From the sequence record MN850584.1: a DNA stretch of 64,000 bases. One strand, 5' to 3'. Shown one piece after another: positions 34,647-43,776 of this stretch (positions are counted from its first letter, which is position 1; each line of letters opens with the position of its first letter). The position numbers and the translations under genes were made by a program. This DNA comes from Escherichia phage arall. The notes below the pieces were generated by a model, which saw only the letters and a list, made by a program, of their open reading frames with translations, did not search any database and was not told the DNA's origin.

Positions 34647-35064
34647 TACTTAAAATCTCCTCTTTTGTGATTTCAGGGTCTTCTTCAAAAACCATAATAT
34701 CTCTTAAGAACGTTAATTCTTCCATAGATACTGGTATTGTATCTTCTTCTGTTTTTCGTTTACATAAATCGTCAAGAAAGTTTTTAAAGTTTTCTGACAA
34801 ATCGTAAAATTTCAACAGTTGATAATCACAGGAGGAGATCCTATCTAGTTCTAACATTCTTTCTAAGATATTTTCTGTGTTGCCATACAGCACACGAACT
34901 TCTCCGAAAGGGTTGACTGAATATTGTGAAGTTCTGAACCATCCCTTTTTAGATACAGTGTAACGCTGTTCTGCTAAACTTTCAATAAAATTTTTAGCTC
35001 TTTTACAGTTTTGTTCTAAAGAGTAGTAGGCTTTTTCTACAAAGGTTACAGGTACTGGTAACAT
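34636..35064 (-). CDS. Hypothetical protein (142 aa)
   Basis: ORF. Confidence 0.5.
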   Translation of the reverse strand: MLPVPVTFVEKAYYSLEQNCKRAKNFIESLAEQRYTVSKKGWFRTSQYSVNPFGEVRVLYGNTENILERMLELDRISSCDYQLLKFYDLSENFKNFLDDLCKRKTEEDTIPVSMEELTFLRDIMVFEEDPEITKEEILSSGK

Positions 35065-35105
35065 ATCTCCTCCTAATAAACCCCCTTGAGGGGGTTTGTG
35101 TTAGA

Positions 35106-35759
35106 TTAATTATCAGAGGATACTTTATCAAGTTTTTCAGAGACTGTCAATACTTTTTCTTGTGATTCTTTCATTTCTGCTAAAATACTTTCAGCTTCAT
35201 CACTATCAGGATCACCAGTCAACAGCATACTAATTAGTTGCTCCTTGCTGAAGTTCAGAATATCTTCCGCTGTTAGTTCCAGTTGTTCTTCGATCTCTTC
35301 AATAAAAGTTTCACCACCGGAAAAAGCATCTCGTAGTTTTGCAACTTCCATCGCTTCTTCTGGAGTTGCCCCTGCATCTAAAGCTGCTAAAGCAAAATCT
35401 GCCCCACTACCAACAGCATAATAATCTTCAGTTAAAGGATATGCTCGCGTTGGATTATTACCCTCGTGCATATAAATTTTACCGTCTGGGTGAACAACCA
35501 ATGCCACAAACTCTTCATCTTCTTTATCAGGATCTGACTGGATCACCAAACCTGGGATTGTCTCTTGTGCTGCTTGGCATTGTAAGTTTTGTTCGAACCA
35601 AGAAAAGAAAGTCAGGATAGAAGACAGACGTCCTGCACCACCAACAAGGTAATCCCCAATTTTACGCACTTTCTTGAAATTTAAAGTGTCTACACGACTA
35701 CCTACTGTTACTTTACCATCAGATAGAATTTTGTTATGTGTTGCAATAATTGTTGTCAT
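35106..35759 (-). CDS. HslV-like N-terminal-nucleophile (proteasome beta-type) peptidase
   Basis: MTTII (Thr right after Met), SDGKVTVG, KKVRKI, GGAGRLSSILTFFSWFE, AVGSGADFALAA match recalled HslV blocks; acidic C-terminal extension. Confidence 0.7.
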   Translation of the reverse strand: MTTIIATHNKILSDGKVTVGSRVDTLNFKKVRKIGDYLVGGAGRLSSILTFFSWFEQNLQCQAAQETIPGLVIQSDPDKEDEEFVALVVHPDGKIYMHEGNNPTRAYPLTEDYYAVGSGADFALAALDAGATPEEAMEVAKLRDAFSGGETFIEEIEEQLELTAEDILNFSKEQLISMLLTGDPDSDEAESILAEMKESQEKVLTVSEKLDKVSSDN

Positions 35760-36250
35760 TGTACTTCCTCCTGTAGTGTTTTAAGGACTGCTTTACCACC
35801 GCTTACATATTTACGGAGGTAATCAATAGCTCTTAGTGTTTCTTTATCCACAAGAATTTTATTAGTTCTTGTCAATGGATGATTCAGTAAGTCACTGCAA
35901 TTTCTTACTAACATAGATTTCTTGTGAAAGATACTGCTAAGAAAAAGAAGTTTAGAATCTTCTTCATCAATCAGGAGTAATTCTGAATTAGACCCAGCTA
36001 CATTTATTATACACTCAAACAAGCCTTCTTGACTATCAGATAATTCCTGGTAATATTTAGTTAGCCAATCCTCTCCTTTTAACCAACTAAAAAACATCTG
36101 AACTTTTTGCAAAGTTGTCATGTTCTCTAAACGAAGAGATATTTCTTTTTCAATCTTGTCAATATAAATCTGTCTAAACTCATTCGGCTTAACTAAGCCA
36201 GCTTGATAGCATTCATCAATACCATTGCGATCAATCTCAATTAGCGTCAT
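35756..36250 (-). CDS. Hypothetical protein (164 aa)
   Basis: ORF; not HslU-like. Confidence 0.55.
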   Translation of the reverse strand: MTLIEIDRNGIDECYQAGLVKPNEFRQIYIDKIEKEISLRLENMTTLQKVQMFFSWLKGEDWLTKYYQELSDSQEGLFECIINVAGSNSELLLIDEEDSKLLFLSSIFHKKSMLVRNCSDLLNHPLTRTNKILVDKETLRAIDYLRKYVSGGKAVLKTLQEEVQ

Positions 36251-36286
36251 TTAACCTCCATAATAGGCATCCTTGCCTTGTAATTA

Positions 36287-37039
36287 TTAATATACTTCCG
36301 TGATGAACTGAGACAAACGGGAACGTTGGTTATCAGCAGTTGTCATTTCAACATAACCAATAAAATCTACAATAGCTTCCCTTTCTCCTTCTTCGTTAAT
36401 AGGAACAACACGATCTAACAAATCACCTAACCCGTTAGCTCTTCGTTTAATTGCATATGTTTGATTAACATCGCCCATAATGACAATACGTGTATTAAGA
36501 CCTGCTCGCTCAAGGAGAAGTTTTACTGTATTTGGTGACATAAGTTGAACTTCATCAATAAGAATAATACTGTTATCCCACGTAGCACCTAGTGCATAGT
36601 TTGGAATATTAAGTTCAATTTTGCCACTTGCAATATCGTTTTCCAATTTATTTGCAGTCATAAACTGTTGGAAAATTCTTTTAGTTGATTCGTAGTGTGC
36701 TGCTAGTTTATCAGTCTTATCTCCAGATAAGAAACCAATTTGATCATCACCTACTTCTGTCGGGTTTTTAAGGAAAATCAACTTTCTGAAATCACCAGCT
36801 TTAAGCATTTGCAATGCTTTCCATAGTGCTGTTGTCGTTTTTCCTGTTCCTGCTGGGGCATTAACAATGGTTAAATCATTCCAAACCATGCTTCTTACAA
36901 TAGCTTCTTGATTCCCAACAGGGGTAAATTCATCAAGACGGTAATCATCATTTCCTACTGCTTTAGCCGCATAACGACTGGCACGTTTGTCATCATTGGC
37001 TGCTGATTGACGACGAGCCTTTGCGGTTTTATTTCCCAT
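36287..37039 (-). CDS. phoH: PhoH-like ATPase
   Basis: Walker A VNAPAGTGKTT, Walker B ILIDEVQ, typical PhoH size. Confidence 0.85.
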   Translation of the reverse strand: MGNKTAKARRQSAANDDKRASRYAAKAVGNDDYRLDEFTPVGNQEAIVRSMVWNDLTIVNAPAGTGKTTTALWKALQMLKAGDFRKLIFLKNPTEVGDDQIGFLSGDKTDKLAAHYESTKRIFQQFMTANKLENDIASGKIELNIPNYALGATWDNSIILIDEVQLMSPNTVKLLLERAGLNTRIVIMGDVNQTYAIKRRANGLGDLLDRVVPINEEGEREAIVDFIGYVEMTTADNQRSRLSQFITEVY

Positions 37040-37055
37040 GTTTGCACTCCTTATA

Positions 37056-37078
37056 AAAGGGGCTTTCGCCCCTTTGTT
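37056..37078. terminator. Hairpin AAAGGGGC-TTTC-GCCCCTTT (copy 2 of 3), bidirectional-type
   Basis: Between lysozyme stop and phoH start. Confidence 0.6.
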
Positions 37079-37578
37079 TAGTTATAAGCGTCTAATGTTC
37101 CAGTTTTAAGTACCTGAATTACACGCTCTGCGCGATTAGGCGTTTGGCGATACCATTTACTTTTACGTAAATTTATAGAGGCTTGAGTATAATATGAATT
37201 ACTCACTAAAGTCAAGCTATTTTTGAAAGATTCTGCACCTTTCAATCCCATTTGAAATACCATATTGATAATAGCCATTTTACGATTAGGACTTACTTTA
37301 TCGTAAATAGGAGATAATATGGTACTTGAATGGATTTGTTGTATCGCTTTCTTTACGTCACTTTCAAAGATTCTTCTAGCTTCCGCTTCAGTAATAACTC
37401 CATTGGTTTTTCTACCTACTAAGTTATCAAGAATGCGTATAGCTTCTGCTTTATCTTTGCGTTTTGTCAGAAGGTGTCCAATACCAACTGTCCAATACCC
37501 TTCGGTATCAGGATATACAGTTAGCTTTAGTCCTTCATCAAAACGTAACATATCAAACACATCAACTACTTTAGCCAT
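37078..37578 (-). CDS. T4-type lysozyme (GH24 endolysin)
   Basis: DMLRFDEGLKLTVYPDTEGYWTVGIGHLLTK...WYRQTPNRAERV closely parallels recalled T4 gpe. Confidence 0.9.
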   Translation of the reverse strand: MAKVVDVFDMLRFDEGLKLTVYPDTEGYWTVGIGHLLTKRKDKAEAIRILDNLVGRKTNGVITEAEARRIFESDVKKAIQQIHSSTILSPIYDKVSPNRKMAIINMVFQMGLKGAESFKNSLTLVSNSYYTQASINLRKSKWYRQTPNRAERVIQVLKTGTLDAYN

Positions 37579-37590
37579 GTTTTCCTTATA

Positions 37591-37734
37591 TCAGTCGCCC
37601 TCCCCATGATCTAGCTCTTGAAACAGTAGGTGTTCAGGAGACATTTCACGTTTAGGCTTCGTCTTTTTAGTTTGGGACTTAAGCTCTGTTGCCAAAGCAC
37701 GAGAAAAGATCTTACGTTTCTGTTTACCTTTCAT
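37591..37734 (-). CDS. Possible small lysine-rich protein (47 aa)
   Basis: ORF in gap between glutaredoxin and lysozyme. Confidence 0.3.
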   Translation of the reverse strand: MKGKQKRKIFSRALATELKSQTKKTKPKREMSPEHLLFQELDHGEGD

Positions 37735-37738
37735 ATTG

Positions 37739-38005
37739 TTACTCCGCAATCTGAGCCATGAATTCACGTAGTTCAGAAAAACCTCCTACGTGGGTTAGCT
37801 GTTCACCATCTTCCACAAAAATCTGAGGAAATGTGCGTGGTAGAACACCTGTTTTCTCTAAAACCAGATTCTGAATCTGATCTAAAGAATAGTCTTCATC
37901 TAAGGTAAGATATTTAAAATCCTGTTCACGCTGTTCTAGTAGAATCTTAGCGTTAGTGCAGAAAGGACAATTTGGTTTACCGTAGATAATAAAATTCATT
38001 TTCAC
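37739..38005 (-). CDS. Glutaredoxin-like protein (CPFC active site)
   Basis: IIYGKPNCPFCTNAK, ~88 aa thioredoxin fold size. Confidence 0.8.
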   Translation of the reverse strand: MKMNFIIYGKPNCPFCTNAKILLEQREQDFKYLTLDEDYSLDQIQNLVLEKTGVLPRTFPQIFVEDGEQLTHVGGFSELREFMAQIAE

Positions 38006-38832
38006 TCCTTGTTTAAAAGTATAGTTAAAGTTCTTACAATACCGCTATCAACACTTCGCGGATTTAAAGTAGGATCTGTTTTTAAATAAGATGTTGCTGG
38101 TCTGACTGCTTTGGAATTATAGGTTGAAGCAGATACAGGATTAACTGTAACAGATAAATCTATAACAAGAAATATCTTTCGTGCAAAATCATACCAAGAA
38201 ATATAATCTGCACCTGCATAGTGTACAACTTTACTATTTACACCATCTTTTACAAGTTTAAAAATTGTTTCTGCAAGATCAGGTGCATAAGTAGGACATG
38301 ACAAATGATCACATACTACATTAAATTCTTTTTGACCACCGTTGTAGCGTTCCAACATAGTTTTCAAAAAGTTATGTCCAAATTCACTATAAACAGAAGC
38401 TGTTCTGATAATAAGTGCTGTAGGACAAACTGTTTGTACTAAAGTTTCACCTAATTGTTTACTGTAACCGTAGGTGTTCAAGGGGTTTGTTTTACTATCT
38501 TCTGTGCCAGCAACATGCCCATCAAAAACATAGTCTGTTGAAATATGTACAAACTGTATCAGTAAATCATTACATGCTTTGGCAATGTTTGTTGCACCGT
38601 ATGCATTAACATTTATACAGGTGTTAACATCTTCTTCAGCTTTATCTACTGCCGTGTAAGCCGCACAATTCACAACAACATCAGGCACGTGCTGTACAAG
38701 ACTATTCATAACATCTTTAAAGTTGGTAATGTCTATATCACTTGCTTCAATCAAAATAACATCTTCGGGCGCAACTTTTGCCAAAGACTGTCCTAATTGA
38801 CCTTTTGAACCAAAGATTAAAAATTTTGTCAA
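38002..38832 (-). CDS. rmlD: dTDP-4-dehydrorhamnose reductase
   Basis: N-terminal GxxGQLG Rossmann, HISTDYVFDG, YGYSK. Confidence 0.85.
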   Translation of the reverse strand: MTKFLIFGSKGQLGQSLAKVAPEDVILIEASDIDITNFKDVMNSLVQHVPDVVVNCAAYTAVDKAEEDVNTCINVNAYGATNIAKACNDLLIQFVHISTDYVFDGHVAGTEDSKTNPLNTYGYSKQLGETLVQTVCPTALIIRTASVYSEFGHNFLKTMLERYNGGQKEFNVVCDHLSCPTYAPDLAETIFKLVKDGVNSKVVHYAGADYISWYDFARKIFLVIDLSVTVNPVSASTYNSKAVRPATSYLKTDPTLNPRSVDSGIVRTLTILLNKE

Positions 38833-39383
38833 AATATGATCTCCTTTAGTGTTTTGGCTTGCTGATCTTTTTGTGACAAGATAGGTTTAAAATTAATATC
38901 ATTAAAGATTAAATCAAAACCCCAATCAATATTGATATCTGGATCATTCCACGCAAGACTACACTCTGAAGTCGGATCGTAATATTCTGTACATTTATAT
39001 TCAAAATCAGCAATGTCACTAATCACAACAAAGCCATGAGCGAAACCAGGAGGAATCCAAAATTGTGTTTTATTCTTTTCAGATAAGAGAACACCTACCC
39101 ATTCTCCAAATGTTGGACTACCAACCCTAATATCTACAGCAACATCATAAACTTCACCACGAACACAACGTACTAACTTCCCTTGTGGGTTTTTCTTTTG
39201 AAAATGAAGCCCACGTAGAACTCCTCGAATAGAACGTGAATGGTTATCTTGGACAAAGTTTTGTTTACCTATGTATTGATCATATAAAGCCTGATTAAAA
39301 CTTTCTAAGAAAAAACCACGTTCATCTCCGTAAACGTCAGGTTGAATGATCAACAAATCTTCGATTTTTGTTGCTTGAATCAT
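38829..39383 (-). CDS. rmlC: dTDP-4-dehydrorhamnose 3,5-epimerase
   Basis: GDERGFFLESF and cupin-like blocks, 184 aa. Confidence 0.85.
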   Translation of the reverse strand: MIQATKIEDLLIIQPDVYGDERGFFLESFNQALYDQYIGKQNFVQDNHSRSIRGVLRGLHFQKKNPQGKLVRCVRGEVYDVAVDIRVGSPTFGEWVGVLLSEKNKTQFWIPPGFAHGFVVISDIADFEYKCTEYYDPTSECSLAWNDPDINIDWGFDLIFNDINFKPILSQKDQQAKTLKEIIF

Positions 39384-39395
39384 TTAATTTCCCCT

Positions 39396-40265
39396 TTATT
39401 TTAATTTAAGTAAATACTTACCGTAGTCTGTTTTACTTAAAACCTCTCCAGAACTTTTTACAGAGTCTAAAGTAATCCATTCATTTTTAAAAGCAATCTC
39501 TTCCAGGCATGCAACCTTCATACCTTGTTGCTTTTCTATTGCATGAACAAATTGAGATGCTTCCATAAGACTTTCATGTGTTCCTGTATCCAGCCAAGTG
39601 AAACCTCTTCCTAGTTTACAGACACGTAAAGCCTTTTCTTTCCAGTACATCTCATTTATATCTGTAATCTCTAACTCCCCTCTAGCAGAAGGTTTAACGC
39701 TTTTAGCTTTCTGTACAACAGAATTATCGTAAAAGTACAAGCCTGTGATTGCATAGTTGCTTTTTGGTGCTTTTGGTTTTTCTTCAATACTCACCACTGT
39801 ACCTTCAGAATCAAACTCAACAACACCAAATCTTTCAGGATCATTTACGTGATACCCAAAAATATTAGCTCCACCATTCTTTTCAATATGTTCTTTAGCA
39901 GAATCTAAAATGCTACCAAAACTCTGACCAAAGAATAAATTATCACCTAGCACAAGTGCTACAGAATCTTCACCAATAAAGTTCTCACCAATAATAAACG
40001 CTTCTGCTAAACCTCTTGGGCTATCCTGTATTGCATACTGTAAGGAAATACCAAAAGAAGAACCATCACCTAGAAGATTTACAAAATTAATTTGATCTTC
40101 TGGTGTTGTAATTATTAGTATTTCCCTAATTCCAGAAAGCATTAGGACAGAGAGTGGATAATAAATCATAGGCTTATCATAAATTGGTAATAGTTGTTTA
40201 CTAACCCCTTTAGTAACTGGGTAAAGTCTTGTTCCACTACCACCTGCTAAGATAATACCTTTCAT
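39396..40265 (-). CDS. rmlA: Glucose-1-phosphate thymidylyltransferase
   Basis: [52 protein letters not shown] near-identical to recalled RmlA N-terminus. Confidence 0.92.
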   Translation of the reverse strand: MKGIILAGGSGTRLYPVTKGVSKQLLPIYDKPMIYYPLSVLMLSGIREILIITTPEDQINFVNLLGDGSSFGISLQYAIQDSPRGLAEAFIIGENFIGEDSVALVLGDNLFFGQSFGSILDSAKEHIEKNGGANIFGYHVNDPERFGVVEFDSEGTVVSIEEKPKAPKSNYAITGLYFYDNSVVQKAKSVKPSARGELEITDINEMYWKEKALRVCKLGRGFTWLDTGTHESLMEASQFVHAIEKQQGMKVACLEEIAFKNEWITLDSVKSSGEVLSKTDYGKYLLKLK

Positions 40266-40273
40266 ACTCCTCC

Positions 40274-41263
40274 TTAAACTTTATTTTCCCACCACTCTTT
40301 GTTATCTACATACCAATCAATGGTTGAATAAAGTTTTTCTTCAAATGTGCCTTTAGCTTTCCACCCTAATTCCTTTTCAATCTTATAAGGATTCACTTCG
40401 TATCTTAAATCATGTCCAGGTCTATCTGTAACCATTTCAATGAGGCTACAAGCATCTGTTTCAGATGGATACACCGCATCCATATAATCACAAATCATAT
40501 AGATTACATCAATATTAGTTCTAGGGTTTCTGCTCCCAATATTATATGTTTCTCCAGATTTGCCTTTAGTTACTACTAGGTGTAATGCTTCTGCGTGATC
40601 GTCAACGTATAACCAATCTCTTACTTGAAGACCATTGCCATAAACAGGGATTGGTTTATGCATCAAGATATTTGTTATCGTTTTAGGTATTAGTTTTTCT
40701 GGATGATGATATGCTCCAAAATTATTTGAACAATTTGTTATAACTGTCGGAATACCATAAGTACGATGCCATGCTCTTACCAAATGATCGCTTGCAGCTT
40801 TAGATGCAGCATATGGACTACTTGGTTTATAAGGATTCTGTTCTGTAAACGGATAATCCCCTTCTTCCATATCACCATACACTTCATCTGTTGAAATATG
40901 ATGGAACATTTTAAGATTTGATTTATCTCCCATTAAACGAACAGCTTCTAGAAGATTAAATGTTCCAACAATATTTGAATTTATAAAAACACTCGGTGAT
41001 GCTATTGAATTATCTACGTGACTCTCTGCTGCAAGATGCATTATATAATCTGGATTAACATCTGCCACAATCTTAGCAGTTAACTGCGCATTTGTCAAGT
41101 CAACACGACAAAACTTTACATTAGGTGTTTCTGATAAATTTCTAGGGTCTGAAGCGTAACCCCATTTATCTATAACGTAAATATCATTCTTAGTATTTTT
41201 AGCCAGGAAACGAACTACTGCACTTCCAATAAAGCCTAAACCACCTGTTACTAAGTATTTCAT
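40274..41263 (-). CDS. rmlB: dTDP-glucose 4,6-dehydratase
   Basis: [60 protein letters not shown]. Confidence 0.92.
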   Translation of the reverse strand: MKYLVTGGLGFIGSAVVRFLAKNTKNDIYVIDKWGYASDPRNLSETPNVKFCRVDLTNAQLTAKIVADVNPDYIMHLAAESHVDNSIASPSVFINSNIVGTFNLLEAVRLMGDKSNLKMFHHISTDEVYGDMEEGDYPFTEQNPYKPSSPYAASKAASDHLVRAWHRTYGIPTVITNCSNNFGAYHHPEKLIPKTITNILMHKPIPVYGNGLQVRDWLYVDDHAEALHLVVTKGKSGETYNIGSRNPRTNIDVIYMICDYMDAVYPSETDACSLIEMVTDRPGHDLRYEVNPYKIEKELGWKAKGTFEEKLYSTIDWYVDNKEWWENKV

Positions 41264-41457
41264 TTAGTCTCCTTCCAATTATTCCCTTCAGTAAAAATAA
41301 TACCTTCATAAAACAACCATCTGGAACCTTTTTCAACAGGAACAGGAATCTCTTCTTCAGTAAAGTTATAAACCTCTCTAGCATCTTCTAAAAGTGATGC
41401 AAATGTTTTTGGACTTACTGTTACGCGAGGAGCATTGATCAGTTGATCTAGCATCAT
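41260..41457 (-). CDS. Hypothetical protein (65 aa)
   Basis: Start at MMLDQ with RBS GGAGGA; stop overlaps rmlB start. Confidence 0.45.
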   Translation of the reverse strand: MMLDQLINAPRVTVSPKTFASLLEDAREVYNFTEEEIPVPVEKGSRWLFYEGIIFTEGNNWKETK

Positions 41458-41470
41458 TCTACTATCCTCC

Positions 41471-41797
41471 TTACCAAACGTGTTGAGAAATAATAGTTTC
41501 CGTTTCAATGTTATATTTTTCAAGAAGTTGTGCGTAGGCTTCTTTTGCATTCTTATTTAGTTGCTCAAGATCTACAGCTATACTTCCTTCGCCACCTTCT
41601 AAATAAATGCCATATATGCAATAAGATTCATCAGCATCATAGAAAGGAGAGATACGGCTTAAATCAAGACCTTCTTGTAAGAACCAATTAAAATCTCCAT
41701 CAAATTCTTCTTCAATTCTAGGATCTTCTCCTACAGCCTCTTCCCATTTATTAAAAGGTGCACCCTGTAACATACGCCATGCAATATCAACCCCCAC
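41471..41797 (-). CDS. Hypothetical protein (108 aa)
   Basis: ORF. Confidence 0.5.
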   Translation of the reverse strand: MGVDIAWRMLQGAPFNKWEEAVGEDPRIEEEFDGDFNWFLQEGLDLSRISPFYDADESYCIYGIYLEGGEGSIAVDLEQLNKNAKEAYAQLLEKYNIETETIISQHVW

Positions 41798-41933
41798 TAT
41801 CTTCCTCCTCTTCTTTTTCTTCTGTATGAACGAAACCTAAGCCGTTACAATTCCAACAAGGAATAAATTGTTCCATACTAACAATAAAATTCCCAGTGCC
41901 GCCGCAGATAGGACAAATACTTACATCGTCCAT
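41787..41933 (-). CDS. Possible small zinc-ribbon protein (48 aa; CPICGG...CWNCNG)
   Basis: Two CxxC pairs; fills gap, no strong RBS. Confidence 0.3.
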   Translation of the reverse strand: MDDVSICPICGGTGNFIVSMEQFIPCWNCNGLGFVHTEEKEEEEDSGG

Positions 41934-41935
41934 TA

Positions 41936-42118
41936 TTAAAGCTCCTCAATCTTTTCTAACATCTGTTTTAACTCATTCTCTGTTAACAGAATTTCTGTGA
42001 TACCATCATAAGTTTCTACCATCAGAGTAAAACATTTCTCTCCATCTGAACATACAAAAGCACCACCTTCATCTTCTGTTAAGTCAGAATTAATATCTAC
42101 ATCAACAAAATCAATCAT
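41936..42118 (-). CDS. Hypothetical acidic protein (60 aa)
   Basis: ATG with RBS AAGGAG. Confidence 0.45.
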   Translation of the reverse strand: MIDFVDVDINSDLTEDEGGAFVCSDGEKCFTLMVETYDGITEILLTENELKQMLEKIEEL

Positions 42119-42329
42119 CTTTTTCTCCTTTGATAATTTCAAACTTGGCTACACCATTAACTATAATATGACCGCAAGACAGAACTCCTAGCCAATGATC
42201 ACCATTCTTTTTTAAACGTTTACCGTAAACATCACAGAAACCATTCTGTAATTCGGAAGCCTCGTAAGAGGCTCCCTTTTCGAAAACGTCTTTGAAGTCA
42301 GAAATTAATCCAACACAAAGTAGTTTCAT
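42111..42329 (-). CDS. Hypothetical protein (72 aa)
   Basis: ORF. Confidence 0.5.
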   Translation of the reverse strand: MKLLCVGLISDFKDVFEKGASYEASELQNGFCDVYGKRLKKNGDHWLGVLSCGHIIVNGVAKFEIIKGEKDD

Positions 42330-43414
42330 TAAAAGTCTAACTCCTCGTCATCACTTACATCTTTATTTGCTGAATTCAGTTTGTAAGCTGTAATTTGGAT
42401 CTCTTGTGCTGCTGCTTGAATTTGATCTGGATTTAACCAAACATCCATCCAAGGCAGTGGACTTTTCTTCGGTGCACGGAATTTGTGTTTCATTTTCAGT
42501 CTGCGATAGATAGGCGCGGCATTGAAGTAAACCCAAAGTTTGAACAACTCTGCGTTACCACCAACGATAACCCTTCCTTCACTAAACAGATAGTCACACC
42601 AATCTTCCTCTTGTCCAACTACCGTATCAAGAATTTCTGTCAGAACGTCGATATTGTCTTCGTATACTTTTCTCCAAACAGGATCTTTCAGCAGTGCATC
42701 AATAATAGCATAATCCATTTTAACGTGCAATAGTTCATCCAACATAATTTTTTGAATGAGTTTAGCTGCACCTACAAACAATTGCTGCTCTGCTAAGGCA
42801 AATGTTGCAGCAAAAGAGGAGATGAACTGAATACCTTCCAGACCGATAAGTGCAATCATTCCTTTCAGGATCAGTAGACGAAGGTTATCATCCTTCTCAA
42901 TCAGACCTAGAGCATATTTATGTCCTGCCTCTGCCAGATCACTCATTATCTCTTCAACTATACCCATCCTCTGGAAGATTCTTTCATTCTCCATGATCTG
43001 ATCGATAACTTCATTCGGATTAGGGATACACTGACGAATAATTTCAGAATATGTCAAAGCGTGTAAAACTTCCATTTCTGATTGCTTCATCATCATTGCA
43101 CATGCTTCGTTGTTGCTTAAAAATGGTGCAAACAAAGTGATGATTGATTTAGCAAGTGAATCATTTTCCCATTGGAAAGATAGGTTTTTGATCATAACAT
43201 CATAGTTGCTTTTAGAACAAGCTACGAAATCTTTTCGTGTCTGATCTAAGTTTACTTCGTTTTCATCCCAATCTTGCTGTTTTTGTAGTTTGTACAGACG
43301 ATGCATTTCTGGGTATGTTACGTTAATAGAATCAAAAATACCTAACTGTTCTCCCAAAAATACAGGGTAGAAACCTTCTTTGTAAGTGTCGTTGTATAAA
43401 TTAATTGCTGCCAT
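42329..43414 (-). CDS. nrdB: Ribonucleotide reductase class Ia beta subunit
   Basis: Ferritin-like di-iron blocks and size as in NrdB. Confidence 0.88.
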   Translation of the reverse strand: MAAINLYNDTYKEGFYPVFLGEQLGIFDSINVTYPEMHRLYKLQKQQDWDENEVNLDQTRKDFVACSKSNYDVMIKNLSFQWENDSLAKSIITLFAPFLSNNEACAMMMKQSEMEVLHALTYSEIIRQCIPNPNEVIDQIMENERIFQRMGIVEEIMSDLAEAGHKYALGLIEKDDNLRLLILKGMIALIGLEGIQFISSFAATFALAEQQLFVGAAKLIQKIMLDELLHVKMDYAIIDALLKDPVWRKVYEDNIDVLTEILDTVVGQEEDWCDYLFSEGRVIVGGNAELFKLWVYFNAAPIYRRLKMKHKFRAPKKSPLPWMDVWLNPDQIQAAAQEIQITAYKLNSANKDVSDDEELDF

Positions 43415-43736
43415 TTAAATCCTCCACAATATCACACATTGCTTTTATTGTATCAATGTGTTCTCTCTCCATACCATTCTCTATGTAAGCCTTCTCTAAT
43501 GCGTTCCATACACTCTTTGTGAGTAGTACAGTAACTTCTCCCTCATATCTTGCCCTGGTTAAAGCATACCAGGTAGCTATGGGATCATTGGAAGCCCATA
43601 TTTCAACACTGGAAAATTGAAAACCTGCAATATAATGACAACACCAATCGAATGTAAAATCTTTACTCTCTACCAGTGTATAATTTCCCCAGCGTCTTTG
43701 TGGTGTTGCCCCAGGTAATACAACTAATGTAGGCAT
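43401..43736 (-). CDS. Hypothetical protein between nrdA and nrdB (111 aa)
   Basis: ORF. Confidence 0.5.
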   Translation of the reverse strand: MPTLVVLPGATPQRRWGNYTLVESKDFTFDWCCHYIAGFQFSSVEIWASNDPIATWYALTRARYEGEVTVLLTKSVWNALEKAYIENGMEREHIDTIKAMCDIVEDLNGSN

Positions 43737-43745
43737 ATTCCTCCT

Positions 43746-43769
43746 TAAGAAAGGGGGACAAAGCCCCCT
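43746..43769 (-). terminator. Hairpin AGGGGG-N6-CCCCCT + TTTCTT after nrdA
   Basis: GC stem, T-run on minus strand. Confidence 0.55.
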
Positions 43770-43776
43770 AGTTTCA

